In this document: positions 10,680 through 23,625 of the stretch, piece after piece
How positions within the stretch are numbered: position 1 is the stretch's first letter
Layout of the letters: the number at the start of each line of letters is the position of its first letter
DNA from: Eledone cirrhosa
Taxonomy: Eukaryota
Assembly (NCBI GenBank): GCA_964016885.1
Contig: OZ024741.1
Location: 282,906,001 to 282,970,000 of the forward strand
DNA length: 64,000 nucleotides
Direction: 5' to 3'
The notes under the pieces: model-generated
Seen by the model: the letters and a program-made list of their open reading frames with translations, nothing else
Database searches by the model: none
What the model was told of the DNA's origin: nothing
Made by a program: the position numbers and the translations under genes

Positions 10680-11240
10680 AATGAAACATGGATTGCAGGT
10701 TAAAATGTAGTTTAGATAGATGAGAAACAAAACGAGGATGTAGTTTATGGAACACCCAAATGATTTAGAAGTCGACCTTAAGTAGGAGCAATAACATTAA
10801 GAAAGACATGAACGACACCACAAGACTTAGTTTTGAAAATTTTGAAAGTAGGTTTATAAATATGAATTTTCATAAGATTTTCGTAGCTGTCTCTGTGGTG
10901 TAGCGGTAGGTGCTAGAGACAGTGGAGAAACTAGCCTTGGGTTCAGTCATCGTCAAGAGGTACATGTAACCTTTTTTCAGTTTTTATTTTACAACCAATA
11001 GAAAAAAACTGAAATGATTTACCAGGAACCCTACTCCCGACCAGGATCTAACTTCAGACCAAGATTACTACCGACTATGATTCCTCCAACTAGGCCACCG
11101 AGACAGCTACAAAAGTATAATGAAAATTGATAATTATAAACCTACTTTGAAAATCAAAGTTAAAAATATGTGGTGTCGTTCATGGCTGTCCTAGAACTAT
11201 TAATAATATTTAGGGTCGACTTGTCAATCTTCTGGCCCTT
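10680..11240. mobile_element. Fold-back/MITE-like repeat, copy 1
   Basis: About 130-bp imperfect inverted arms (GTCGAC..ATGAACGACACCACA..AAAGTAGGTTTATAA..GTAGCTGTCTC); direct copy at 14255-14720. Confidence 0.65.
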
Positions 11241-11327
11241 TGGTAACAACCCTATTATTCCTATGTGTTTAACTGTTGAATTAATTTGATTTGATTATTT
11301 TAGGAAAATAAATAATATATGTATATG

Positions 11328-12600
11328 AGTATTATAACGCAGCTCTAAATAAGGCGGCCCATGGCCAAACTATATCTTACAACCCGAGACGCCATGATAG
11401 AGATAGCCCATCGGACCCCCGACCCACGGTATCAGTGCAGGCAAAGCGGAAGCCACTAAACCCTATGAACCCGGCAGCACCACATTAGCGAAAAGGATGC
11501 GTTCGCCTAGCAATGGAAGGAGACCGCCCTGACTACTGAGTCAGGGCGGTTTCAGGGGTGATACTAACCACCTCGGGCCCGACGCCCCCCAACCGCAAGA
11601 CACGAAGCTGGACTGATAAAGGATCATCCCATTGTAGAAGTCTCAGCGTGGGCACACCACCCCACAGGTACGGGCCGGGAAGCTAACAAAACACACAACG
11701 CACAAAGGGGAAACAACAATGCGGGAACCAGTAGCAACCCAACAACTCCCCAACAGCCCACAGCACGCTCAACCCACCCACATAGGAATAGACTAAGAAA
11801 CATTACGTGGTACAACCCACCCTACTCAGCGGGCATCAAGACCAGCCTGGCCCGGTCATTCTTTAGGGCACTAGATAAATGCTTCCCGAGGGACCACAGA
11901 TACCACAAGATCTTCAACAGGCACACTGTGAAGCTCTCGTATTCTACCACGCACAACGTAGACCAGCACATAGCTAGCATCAATAGGGGTAGACTTAGAA
12001 ACTACACACAACCAGCAGCTGGCAATATAAGCACCCAGCAGAGCCATGTGGAGGGAAGGAATGGTGGACCCGGTACCCACCCTGGGAACCCAAACAGACC
12101 CAGGCACCCCCCACCGGGCCCAGGAGATGACCACCCTATACTACGCAACGGGAGCCCCACATTGGGCACTTGGGGGCCGACCACCTCCTGCAACTGCAGA
12201 ACCCCCACATTATACCTCCTTAGTAATGAAGAACTTAGTATACGGATGTAGAGTAAAAAACCCCAACTCTGAGCACCTTTACATAGGAGCCACATCAACG
12301 AGCTTCAAAGACAGATGGTATAACCATCTCCATTCCTTTAATAGAAAGGGCAAAAAGAAAAGTACGGCTCTTTCCGAACTGATCTGGAAGCTCAAGCTGG
12401 ACAGGACCCCGTACTCACTGGCTTGGTTCAAAATCAGGAAAGTACCACCTGATAGAGGGAGATCTGGCATCTGCAACCTCTGTCTGAGTGAGACCATCGA
12501 GATACTCAGTGGTGGGAGTAGCCTAATCAATCTCAGAATCGACTTCTTTGGTAAATGTAGACAACTCAGGGCCGGAACCTTCCTCAAGCTATATGGATAA
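11328..12600 (+). pseudogene. 5'-truncated Penelope-like (Naiad-like) element: RT thumb, linker, GIY-YIG endonuclease
   Basis: WYNPPYS..LDKCFP..KIFNRHTVKLSYS; CNCR then a frameshift; NLVYGC..YIGATSTSFKDRWYNH..CNLCLSE. Confidence 0.85.
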
Positions 12601-13886
12601 TAACAACACATTGGTATGGGAACTTCCCTCAAGTTATAGGGACAGTAGCCCCGCCACACCGTGCCCAAGGTAAACCACCCCCTACGCACTCCCCACCCCT
12701 ACTCCTGCCTCGATCGACTCCTATAGCAACACACCCACCTAGCAGCTAAAACCATACCTCACACCGCTGTGGTCAACCCCTCTCTCTCACTTCCTTAACC
12801 AGAACTCAAGTTAGCTGACACTAGATAATATAAATAGACGAAGTACGTCGGTGGAGTCCTATCCTCTGTGCGGACAGGCACCCCAAGTTTCCGACCAACG
12901 GGCCCCAACGCCCAACCCCGGCTTGTGACCTGAATACCCGGAGGATATCCTGCCTCGAACCCGACCCACCTCACACGCATGAGTCAGGGATAAATACCAC
13001 AAGTAAAAATGACGCGCCGATTACTACCACTTACCCCTCTCCCCACCTCCAGAGGGGACTTTGACCCTGTGTCCGTGTGGGTGTATCCACATGTGGGTGT
13101 ATATGGAGCTATGTGTATGTGTACATGTATGAGTGTGTGTGACTGTGTAGACTTAATATGGGAATGCACCTGAACCTGTGTTTGTGCGTGTGTGCTTGCA
13201 ACGGTGTGCGTTGACATACACGCATATGTACTGTACTTTATGCTGAAATAAGAATTGTAGTCCTTTGCACTTCTGGATTTTGACACACAGGTTTTTGGTA
13301 TTTTACACTCCACTTTTGCTTCATTTGTTTTTAAAACTCACCACTCTATGATCAAATAAGAATTGTAATTCTTTACACTTCTCGATTCTGACACACAGGT
13401 TTTCTATTTCAGTTTATAATTTTCAAAATTTTTTCATATTGGTGGTAGCACACACGCATTTTTTATTTGTTTGGCACCCCCACCACGTGAAATGGCGGCA
13501 GGATAGATGCCAGCCTACACACATAAATTTTTCAGACCATAGCAGCAGCATACTGAAGCTGACCTACCAGCTGACCCCTTAACACCACTACCAGTACCAA
13601 CACAATGGAGGAGGTCAACTGTACTTAAACATTCTGACAAAAACAACTATAACAGGCTGACTTGCCTCAGAAGAATTTCTATAGACTTTTGATTGAGGAA
13701 TGTTCTCACAACTGACCAATGGGATACGAGCATGTCCTATGTCACTGAAATTCGTTTGTTCTAGCTCATATGAATCCAGTTCCTCGGAGGAATAACAACA
13801 CACCCAGGAGCTGGACATATCGATGTATTGACGGAGTAAAACACACTTCAACAACATGTGTACCTGTCTTTTCCACACCAATTCGG

Positions 13887-13943
13887 ACTGCCTGAAGAGG
13901 TCACAGCCAATGATAGCTGTCACCAAAATATATATATAGCAGT
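13887..13943 (+). ncRNA. Hammerhead ribozyme, probably inactive (GAAA to AAAA)
   Basis: ACUGC CUGAAGA ggucACAGC..GCUGUcacc AAAA uauauaua UA GCAGU; homologous to 55523-55578. Confidence 0.65.
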
Positions 13944-14254
13944 AATTTTTAATTTATAATAAACGAAGCTAAATTTTACATGTTTGACTTAATTATTTTA
14001 CATTACTCCGGAGTAAACAAACCAACCTGCGTACTTCGTCGAGTGCTCCAATCTGCATACTGAGGTGTCAGTAAACAACCAACATATACTCTATATAGAT
14101 ATATATAGATATATATAATGCCAATCATTCTAAGTTTGAATCTGACACGCAAAAACATATATATATGAATAAAGTGAGCCCAAATCATAGTAGATTCAAA
14201 TATCACAGAGAGAATGAGAGAGAGAGAGGGGGGGGGGGACTGAGGTGCAACAAA

Positions 14255-14720
14255 AATGAAACGTGGATTACAGATTAAAATATAGTCTAGATAGATGTGA
14301 AACAAAACGAGGATGTAGTTTATGGAACACCAAATGATTTAGAAGTCGACCTTATATAGGAGTAATAACATTAAGAAAGACATGAACGACACCACAACAC
14401 TTTCTTTCGAAAATTTTGAAAGTAGGTTTATAAGTATAAATTTTCATAAGATCTTCGTAGTTGTCTCTGTGGATTAGCGGTAGGTACTAGAGACGGTGGA
14501 GATCCTGGTCAAGAGGTACATATAACCTTTTTCAGTTTTTATTTTAAACTCCATAGAAAAAAACTGAAATCCCAACCGTCTATGATTCCAACAAGTAAGC
14601 CACCGAGACAGCTACAAAAGTATAATGAAAATTGATAATTATAAACCTACTTTGAAAATCAAAGTTAAAAATAATGTGGCTTTCCTAGAGCTATTAGTAA
14701 TATTTAGGGTCGACTTCTGG
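14255..14720. mobile_element. Fold-back/MITE-like repeat, copy 2 (internal deletions)
   Basis: Collinear with 10680-11225. Confidence 0.65.
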
Positions 14721-15012
14721 TCATTATTGAAAGTCGCTGGATTTCGCAAAATACATATTTTTTATTGGAGAAGGTAAGATATTTTCCCCGCAAAAATTTG
14801 ATTGCACTGTTTTGTTTCCACTTCTGCATTTTTTGAAAATGTTATTTATTCATTATATATATATTGTTATACTTTGGGAGGGTCATGTTGCCAATAAGAA
14901 ACACACGCACCAGTTGCTTTCACTTCAATTTATTATAAATTAAATTTATAAATTTAGGAATTTATAAATTTCCGGTTGGTTGGTTCCACAACCAGACGAT
15001 TGTTCATATATT

Positions 15013-15055
15013 GTCAAAGTTCTTTCGTCACACATTCTGTGACCTCTTCAGTGAC
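15013..15055 (-). ncRNA. Minimal hammerhead ribozyme (inverted pLTR)
   Basis: GUCA CUGAAGA g GUCACA gaaug UGUGAC GAAA gaac UU UGAC. Confidence 0.7.
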
Positions 15056-16061
15056 TGGGGATTCTTTTTCATGAGAAACGTGTCCCGCATGTGCAACCCC
15101 AAAGAACTAGAGAGATACATACAACACTACATCCACCGTATGCAGTTCTCTGGTTACAACCAGAGAGATAAGATCAGGAGCCAGAACCAAATGGGGAAAA
15201 AATGGTAAATAATGATACAAATGGGACCTGCCCCTTGTATAGGAGCAAATTTTTGAATAGAATAGAAAGAACTAGGAATAAGGTTAATAGAATAAACTCA
15301 TGGTATGATAGCAATAAATACCAGAGTGTAATGTTCATCAATACAACCCCTAGAGGTGAATTAGCTTACAAATTCAGAAGGGCCCTAGATAAACATAAAC
15401 TCAATATTAAGATAGTAGAAAGACCAGGTACCTCCATAAAAACACTTATTAGCAATGCATACCCTTTTCAAAGACCTCCCTGTATAGATAAGAAATGTAT
15501 AATCTGTAAACTAAGCCCCCATATTAACTGTAAAACTAGAAATGTAGTATATAGCACAAGATGTACTGAAGGACAATGTAGAGATAAGAATATAGTGTAC
15601 ATAGGTGAGACAGCTCGTAGTGTAGGGGAACGGATAAATGAACACTGACGAGAGCTTCAAGATAGTAAAGAATCATCTGTACTCTACCAACATGCTAAAA
15701 TAGAACATAAGGGTAGATTAAAGAACATAAAAATAAAAATAGAATCTACACAGAAAAGACGCAATGTTTAGACAAATCACAGAGGCAATAAACATAAATG
15801 AACTCCAACCAAAATTAAATAGAAAGCATGAATGGAATAGCAACATCACAGCTTACAATTAAGGACAAAATGAAAACACACACACACATAGAACAAACAA
15901 CCAACCAGTAACATGTAAATAAACAAATAAATAAATGAATATAAACACACACAGACACCCGGATGTAACACATGCGCAAACTAAGCACACAACACACACA
16001 AAAACAAGATGGCGTAGGACAGAAGAAAGGAGAGGCACAAAAACAAAGAAAAGAATCCCCA

Positions 16062-16104
16062 GTCACTGAAGAGGTCATAGAATGTGTAACGAAAGACCTT
16101 TGAC
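16062..16104 (+). ncRNA. Minimal hammerhead ribozyme (3' pLTR)
   Basis: GUCA CUGAAGA ggucauagaauguguaac GAAA gacc UU UGAC. Confidence 0.65.
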
Positions 16105-16476
16105 AATATATTAACAATCGTCTGGTTGTGGAACCAACCAACCAACCGGAAATTTATAAATTCCTAAATTTATAAATTTAATTTATAATAAATTGAAGTG
16201 AAAGCAACTGGTGCGTGTGTTTCTTATTGGCAACATGACCCTCCCAAAGTATAACAATATCGGTTTCAACACACGTTTTCAGATAAAGAATCTTGCTAAA
16301 CAAATTCAGAAACGAAATATATATATATATATTTATTCAGGTTTGAGGTTCACCACTGTATAGAGCTAGTCTATTCCGTATGGTCAATCGTAATGCAATA
16401 ATATAGAGAGTACTCAACGTAAAGCAGTTCAACCGTCTTTGTTTTTGTAGTTGGTGGTGCTATTACGGAGTTAAAT

Positions 16477-17888
16477 ATTATAATGAAATGACAGGAGGCT
16501 GGATTTGTGTAAATCCTTGAAAGGTTTATTATACTATGATTATTTCAATGACCGGGTTCCGTATGAATCCGGTGTTTTAACCGCCAAATAGTACCTTTAA
16601 ATTACAGAACAAATCGGAACTATTATATATATCAACCTGAAACTGTTGAGCTTTAAATTTTCTAACCTCTTTAATATGGAATATTGATTATTAATTTATT
16701 AATTTTTTAACTTCATCCTATAAGTCTAAACATTGTAACACACTGACCCCCAATATATTCACCTCTGCTAAGATGCGAGTCCCTGTGAAAATTTTGTCGC
16801 GCCACTCCTGGCCCGACTGTGGTGTGACATTAATATCGACCTTCCTTCCTCTCTCTTTCTATCTTCCTTCTTGTAGCTATCAACCATTACTCTTTTACTT
16901 CTCTAAGCTAAATTTTAAAGTTCCAACTTTCTGTCGGACTGTTGGGTGGGTTTTAGTGGCGGCGCGACCAGCTCCCTGGCGAACGAGCTCACCTGGAGTG
17001 CTTGGAAAAATAAATTTCCCCTTCTTTCAGTAAATGAAAATACTCGGCGTGGCTTAATTCGCCATGGGGCCCGGGGCGCGGCCGTTGTTTTAACCGCCAA
17101 ATAGTACCTTTAAATTACAGAACAAATCGGAACTATTATATAATTAATTGTTAAACTGTTGAACTTTAAATTTTCTAACCTCTTTAATATTGAATATTGA
17201 TTATTAATTTTTTTAACTTCATCCTAGAAGTCTAAACACTGTAAAACACTGACTCCCAATATATTCATCTCCGCTAAGATGCGGGTCCCTGCGAAAATTT
17301 TCTCGCGCCACTCCTGGCTTGACTGTGGTCTGACATTAATATCGACCTTTCTTCCTCTTCCTTTTTATCTTCCTTCTTGTAGCCATCAACCCTTACTTTT
17401 CTACTTCTCTCTTCCCTTCCTTCTCTCCTCTCCTCCTCCCGCAGACTTATCTTCCTTCCCCCTCTTGCTTGCCTATATCTGACCAGTAGTAGTTACCTTC
17501 CTCTTTTAGCTGACATTAACCCTGACTTCTCTTCTTCTTTCTTCCCCCTTCTTCTCCTTCCTTTCTTTCTTTCTTTTACCTTGTGTCATGGGATCGACGT
17601 TAACCTATGCTCCCATCTCTTTGTTTTCGTTCATCTGACCGGTAGTAGCATACTATAAAATTTAGCCACGTCACTCCAGGGCGACCGGCTGAGGTTGAAG
17701 GAACAGAATAGCGGTCGCCCTCGGGTCTCGATTTTCAGCCCCATGGATTTTACCTATTACATTCACGTATTATATTTCGAATACCTGATGATATCACCGG
17801 ATTCATACGGAACCCGGTCATTGAAATGATCATAGTATAATAAACCTTTCAAGGATTTACACAAATCCAGCCTCCTGTCATTTCATTA

Positions 17889-17892
<4 letters not shown>
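16477..17892 (+). mobile_element. Non-coding PLE derivative with inverted termini and internal duplication
   Basis: 16477-16574 is inverted relative to about 17795-17892; 16574-16905 duplicated at about 17086-17410; HHR near the 3' end. Confidence 0.75.
17781..17838 (+). ncRNA. Type I hammerhead ribozyme
   Basis: AUAC CUGAUGA uaucACCGGauuc..gaacCCGGUcauu GAAA UGAUCA UA GUAT; palindromic stem III. Confidence 0.82.
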
Positions 17893-17939
<47 letters not shown>

Positions 17940-18766
17940 CAGTCTTCTATTGTGGAACGGTTCCCTGCTGCCTTCCGTTTCTCGTGATTTTTTTAATGAT
18001 GTGTTGTGACGTTCATGCTTGTCCCACAGTCATCAAAGTCATTTGTGAAGTGAAGTGATGCAAAAATCGTTGGCTGTAACGGGAGTATCGAAGGCAGATT
18101 GCAGTCATGGCTCTCGCCCTCTCAAAGATTTTAGATTCTTTCAAGTCTACAACGTTCGCCTTTTTATCAGCCAGTTCACGGAAAACGCCATCTACACAAG
18201 TATTCACCCATACACAACAGACTACTAAATAAAATTGAAAAAAGAAAAATGACAAAGAAAAAACACTATAGTTAGTTATTTCTTTGTCTGTCATACGATT
18301 CTTAACACTTAAAGGGAACCAGGAGAGAAAAGAACAGAAAAAAAAAAAAATGAATAAGAAAACAATAACAATAACAAATAAATGAATAGACAAATAAATA
18401 AACAAATAAACAAACAAATTATCACAAATAAATAAAATAAAATAAAATAAAATAAAAAGAGAGAGATAAATGTTGGTTTGTACTTAGAATTTTCTTTCTT
18501 CTTCCTCATAATATAATATACATTATATTTCGTAAAGAAAAAAAAGAAAAGAAAAAAATGTTTCGCTTTGTTGTCTACTCAAGCAAACCAAGCTCCTTAC
18601 AGAAAATCTTTTATAGTTTAATTGTGCTTTTTAGTGAGGCGGAGGAGAAACAGAGAACCATCTGTTCATGATCTTTGCACGACATACAACCCTATAATCA
18701 GAAAACGACCCCCTTAGGGTCAGTAGTTAGAGTGAGAATGTGTGGATTAATGAATGAATGGATGAA

Positions 18767-18797
<31 letters not shown>

Positions 18798-19126
18798 ATA
18801 GATATGGGCCATGAAATAACATTCATCATTTCACAGATGTCGCGTTTAATGTACTTTTTCAAATGGACTATGATGGCCTGTCTGCTTAACACCCTCTGCG
18901 CGCGCGCGTGTGTGTGTGTGTGGGTCAGCGATTTTGTATGTGAGTGCGTGTACATGTGTGCCTGCATGTGTGTGTGCTTATGTGTTGTATGGCTGTCAAC
19001 GGCGATTCAATGATATTATTGTTGCTGTTGACGCAGTAATTGTTATTGTTATTCCTAAAGTTCATACAAAATGATATATCCCATCCCCGCAAACACAATA
19101 CTATGTTGTATGTAAGCACGCGCACG

Positions 19127-19168
<42 letters not shown>

Positions 19169-19169
19169 A

Positions 19170-19285
19170 TTATTTCTACTTTAGGCACAAGGCCAGCAAA
19201 CATCCAGTACATTACTGGTACTTTATTTTATCGACCCCGTAAGGATGAAAGGCAAAGTTAACCTCGGCGGGATTTGAACTCAGAA
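19170..19285 (-). mobile_element. SINE fragment (second family)
   Basis: Reverse complement TTCTGAGTTCAAATCCCGCCGAGG..TTTGCCTTTCATCC..GGGGTCGATAAA..GTACCAGT; B-box-like; related to 32575-32730. Confidence 0.7.
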
Positions 19286-19389
19286 TGGCAAGGGCCGTAA
19301 CTCTATGCGTCAATGAAGGAAGTGTGGTAAGGAACCAGATGGACCATAATGCACCAGAGTACTCAATACTTAGGGTAGTAGAGTGGGTA

Positions 19390-19495
19390 ATAGGAAAATG
19401 TTTAACCCCGACGGCAGAGCTCAAGCCATTTCGACGTCCAGAAATAGCCGTCGAAACGGCTTGAGCTCTGCTGTCAGAGTTAAACATTTTCCTAT
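19390..19495. repeat. Near-perfect hairpin (about 47-bp stem, 12-nt loop)
   Basis: ATAGGAAAATGTTTAAC..TTCGACG / CGTCGAA..GTTAAACATTTTCCTAT. Confidence 0.85.
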
Positions 19496-19869
19496 ATATA
19501 TATATATGTGTTAACGAAGCTAGTCGAAGAGAATCGATGCAGCTTCGGTCGTCTCTTACTCACTCAGTAGTATAATAAGGTTTGTACTTTAGAAATACAA
19601 ACCCATTACTCAGAGTGCACACATACGTTAATTAGTAACATAAACGGCTACATGGAGGTATTGATAGTATATCAAATATACATGGACTGGCGTCAGTTTC
19701 TGTACTTCGGTCTACTGGAAACACTATACACAGTAGTTTCGTAATATCAGTAGACATTACGTACTTTGGTGGTGGGGTACTTCGTCAGCGGATGGTAACC
19801 TCCCGAGAATGGTAAGGTTTGTTTAAACGACTCGTACATGCCCAGTTGTTGTCATCAATTTATTTCATA

Positions 19870-20390
19870 CTAGCTGAGGTAAACAGATGATAAGAGAATA
19901 CCGGTAGAAAAGAAAACGATTGTATTGGATGCGTTGTCTGGTTTACAGTATGAGGCCTGACCGTAGTGTGTGTGTATGTCAAAACAAAAACAGTAAAAAA
20001 TCTTCCAGATACGCCAGATTCTTCGTTTTACTGTTCGTGTATAGTATGTGAAGATTTCTAGGTCTTTTCACTCGTGAACAACCTACATATAACTGTACAT
20101 ATGTAAAAACCGATTCTTTCATGGTCAATCCTACAACTTTGAGACTCTAACCCTGAGCTTTATTTATGGTCATAGCAAAACTGGCTCTAACAGAGAACTG
20201 AAGTCTTGAGAATTTGAACAGTAACTCGGTAGAGAAAGGGATGAGAGGAATCTTGGGAATAAATGTACTTTCTCCTTGATGATTGCCTTTAAGAAGGGTG
20301 ACCTCTAGGAGGTGGTTCATTATCTGCCTGACAGTAAAGCATGTGTCATTGCATAGACGTAACAGGTACAGGTTTGCTATGGCCATACAT
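19870..20390 (-). mobile_element. Helitron 3' fragment with PIF1 remnant
   Basis: RLCNDT..FIPKIPLIP..RLQFSVRASFAMTINKAQG; ends in CTAG at 19870. Confidence 0.75.
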
Positions 20391-22246
20391 AAAGTTCAGG
20401 CTCAGATTTTCAAAGTTGTAGAATTGCATATTTAGCTAAAGATACTTTAGAAATGATTCTTGTTGGCAAGATGGCTTTAGCAGAAAGGGTTTAAGTATTT
20501 GTTCTTGGTTGCAGAAATTATCCGAAAAGATAATATATACATTGATCATTTTGGTGTTTACTGTATTTAATGTTGGTGGTAGAAAGGATCCGAAATGAAG
20601 ATATAGATTTATAGGCTGCGTGTTTATGTTTTTAGTCCACGTGGAAGGATCAAATCAGAAAGCTCACATTAAAATATAACAAAGGTTTAATTTCTTCCGT
20701 AAATTAATATAAGCACTAAAAGAATCACAAGCTGCTAGCATATCGCATAATTAAGTTGAACGAAAACAAAGTGTGTGAAATATAGGAAAAATGTTGCTGG
20801 GCCCTTGTCGATAGGGCCAAAGTTTCTTGGTAAGGGCTACATCTTGTCAGTTGTTCCAGGGAATGCCATTAGTAACGTCTTGTGTCCACGAAAAGAAAGC
20901 CGCAACTGATAGGTACAAGTGGAAAAAGGTGCGAAGCAACTGCTGGACGGAAGTCGACTTTGTTATTCATACACCGCCAATCCCTAAGGACTAGCGAGTG
21001 ACAAAATATGACCAAATAATTCCGCAGCTATGGAATAGTGCCATTGCTTGCTACACATACAAGGGAATCACATTCTACCTGAGGTGTAACAAGGGAAAAC
21101 AGCACCTATGGCAAACATTGAAATTGCACAGCTGCCTATGCAGCAAGCTATATAGTAGTTGTTAGACAATGGGATTGACAGCGTAGTTTAAATAAATGAA
21201 GGTTTAGGGTATTAAACTGCATTTTTATTTGTTCTACAGGTATCCTTTACGCTTAAGTAAAGTATTGGCAAAAGTGTTAGTGTATTTAAATCTATGTAAT
21301 ACTGATCTTTGACAAATATTAAAACCCTATTAAAATATTTGACAATCATACTATGAAGTATACCTCTGTGATCATGTAGTTCTCAGCACTGTATTTTTAC
21401 CTATGGGCCTAATAATTTATATAAATGGTTTAATGATCCAACCACCATAGTATTTCTCACCCGTGATAATCTCAAAGACAGCTGAAGGAGTTTTTTTTTT
21501 CACTCTCTGACAATAGCTTATCTGACTTTAATAGAATGTGCTCCTAGTCCAGGTAGAGCCTATGGCACATGCCATACCCTAGATCACAGGTTCTCAACCC
21601 ATTTAGGCCAAACGCCCCCTTTGTCCCTTGAAATCCCGAAATGCCCCTACCTTATTTTTCTATTTTTCAATATACTACTGATTTTGATGTCAGTAGATTA
21701 CTAAAATATTGATTAACGATATTCCAAAGATACCATAGCAGGCAGCTGAGAGTATAAATACATTCCTTGAAAGGAAATATATAAATTTTAATAAAAGGAA
21801 TATAAATGTTCTTTTTTAGGAATAAGGACCAGTTGAATTTGTTATATTCCCACCAGGCGATACCAGCTATTTTGAACATTTATACAAGAGCAACTCTGTT
21901 TATCCCAAGTGTGCTCTTATCAGGAAGAAAGTGGCAATTATATCATTTCAAAGCTTTCCAATTTTCCGTTTAATGAAACGGACAGAATAAATGTTGATAT
22001 CTAACTTGATGTCCCCTCAGCTTTGTGAGCTTAGAGACCACGGAAGAGGGTTTTCATGACCACACGGGAGGGTATATTTATTAGTAAATGGTAATATATA
22101 TACAACAAATGAGTAAGTGAATTGTAGTAGATGGTTTCCAGTTCAGTCAGACTGCAACTACAAATAAAAAAATTGTTAGTTTGCTTTGTAACAATAGCAT
22201 ATCCAAGTTTTCGGATAAATCAACTTACTTTAACTTTGACTTCATT

Positions 22247-23300
22247 TCAATAGGACCCTTGAACTTTATGGAGTCTAGCTAACTCTTTGACGTCAGGCTG
22301 GATTTTCGTAAGATGTAGCCGGAGATCTCCACATGTAATTACATTGTAGCGGTTGCGAGCCTTACTGTGCAGTCTGGAAACAGCACCAAACCTCCTCTTG
22401 ACTAAGTATGAGCTTGGAAAAGGCAGAGCAAATCTCTATCCTATGCATGTAGGTGTGGAAATCGATGCTGAATTTCCTCATGCATCCAAAAAAGGGTTTC
22501 ACCTATTTTGGGAAATCTAATTTTGATCATGTGATCTGCTTAAAGTTCAATGAATTCTTCCTGAAATATAACGTCCAAATCATCGATGTTAGCTATGAAG
22601 GGATCTGCTATCCACATTGGGATGTCCATCGACAAAAGGTCGACAAACCGTTTTCTCATGTTGTCTTGTAGCGCACGGAGATGAGCGGTATAAATTTGGA
22701 GTTGGTCATCGCTTACAATGTTTTGAACATTGGCGACACTAGGAAAATTATAGAATTCCCCTCAACAAAGATTCCTTTCGATGACATTCAATTTGGCCAG
22801 GAATGTTTTCACAGCATTCCTTGCTTTAAGCAAGGTGATCTTCTTCCCCTGCAATGCCAAAATGACGCTATTGCATTTGTCAAAGATGTCGGTGAAGTAG
22901 GCGCAGTTTTGCCTCACATCTAGGGTTTCTTGTACAGTTCTGTGTTGCGTCCTCGCAGAAACTCAATGATAGAGTCGAACAGTTCAAAGAAGTGAGTAAG
23001 GCACTTGCCCTTTGAAAAGCCACCTCACTTCATTATGAAGGAGCAACTTGACGAATTCTTCGTCATTATCTTGGCACAGTTGCCGGAAAATTCGTTCATT
23101 GAGGGAATGCCGTTTGATAAAATTGATGACATCAATGGCCACCTGCTAGGACTTGCTCAGCGGCTTGCTGAGTTTCTTCGCAGCCAAGTGTTGTCGATGA
23201 ATGACACAATGAACAACAAATACAGATAGATTTTCTCTCTTCAGAAGAGTGACGAAACCCTTATGTTGGCCGACCATTGCTCTTGTGTCGTCCGTAGCAC
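22247..23300 (-). pseudogene. hAT transposase remnant
   Basis: Manual translation: CATDDTRAMVG..HCVIHRQHLAAK..LLLHNEVRWL..PFPSSYLV..GDLRLHLTKIQPDV; stops and frameshifts. Confidence 0.85.
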
Positions 23301-23309
23301 ATGATACAA

Positions 23310-23625
23310 TGTGTGTTGTATTTGGTCCTAGATGTATGTATTACCTGCCTGTGTGTTGTAGGTAGTCCTAGATGTTTGTATTACCTGCTTAAGTATTGCA
23401 TGTGGTCCCAGCTGTATGTATTACCTGCTTGTGTGTTGTATGTGGTCCTAGATTTTTGTATTACCTCCTTATGTGTTGTATGTGGTCCTAAATGTGTGTA
23501 TTACCTGCTTGTGTGTTGTATGTGGTCCTAGATGTGTGTGCTACCTCCTTATGTGTTGCATGTGGTCCTAGATGTGTGTATTATCTGATTATGTTGTATG
23601 TGGTCCTAGATGTGTGTGCTACTCG
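23310..23625. repeat. About 40-bp minisatellite, about 8 units
   Basis: Unit TGTGTTGTATGTGGTCCTAGATGTGTGTATTACCTGCTTG. Confidence 0.85.

Larger units (their letters stand above)
14861..16315 (+). mobile_element. 5'-truncated Penelope element with inverted pseudo-LTR and GIY-YIG remnant (about 15070-15840)
   Basis: 14861-15070 is the reverse complement of about 16049-16260; IKIVERPGTSIK..CKTRNVVY..YIGETARSVGERINEH then a stop. Confidence 0.88.

Noticed and set aside
18013-18417. 134-aa ORF as a host exon or endonuclease fragment
   Set aside because: Mostly low-complexity; only a faint resemblance to an APE N-terminus; no supportable motif
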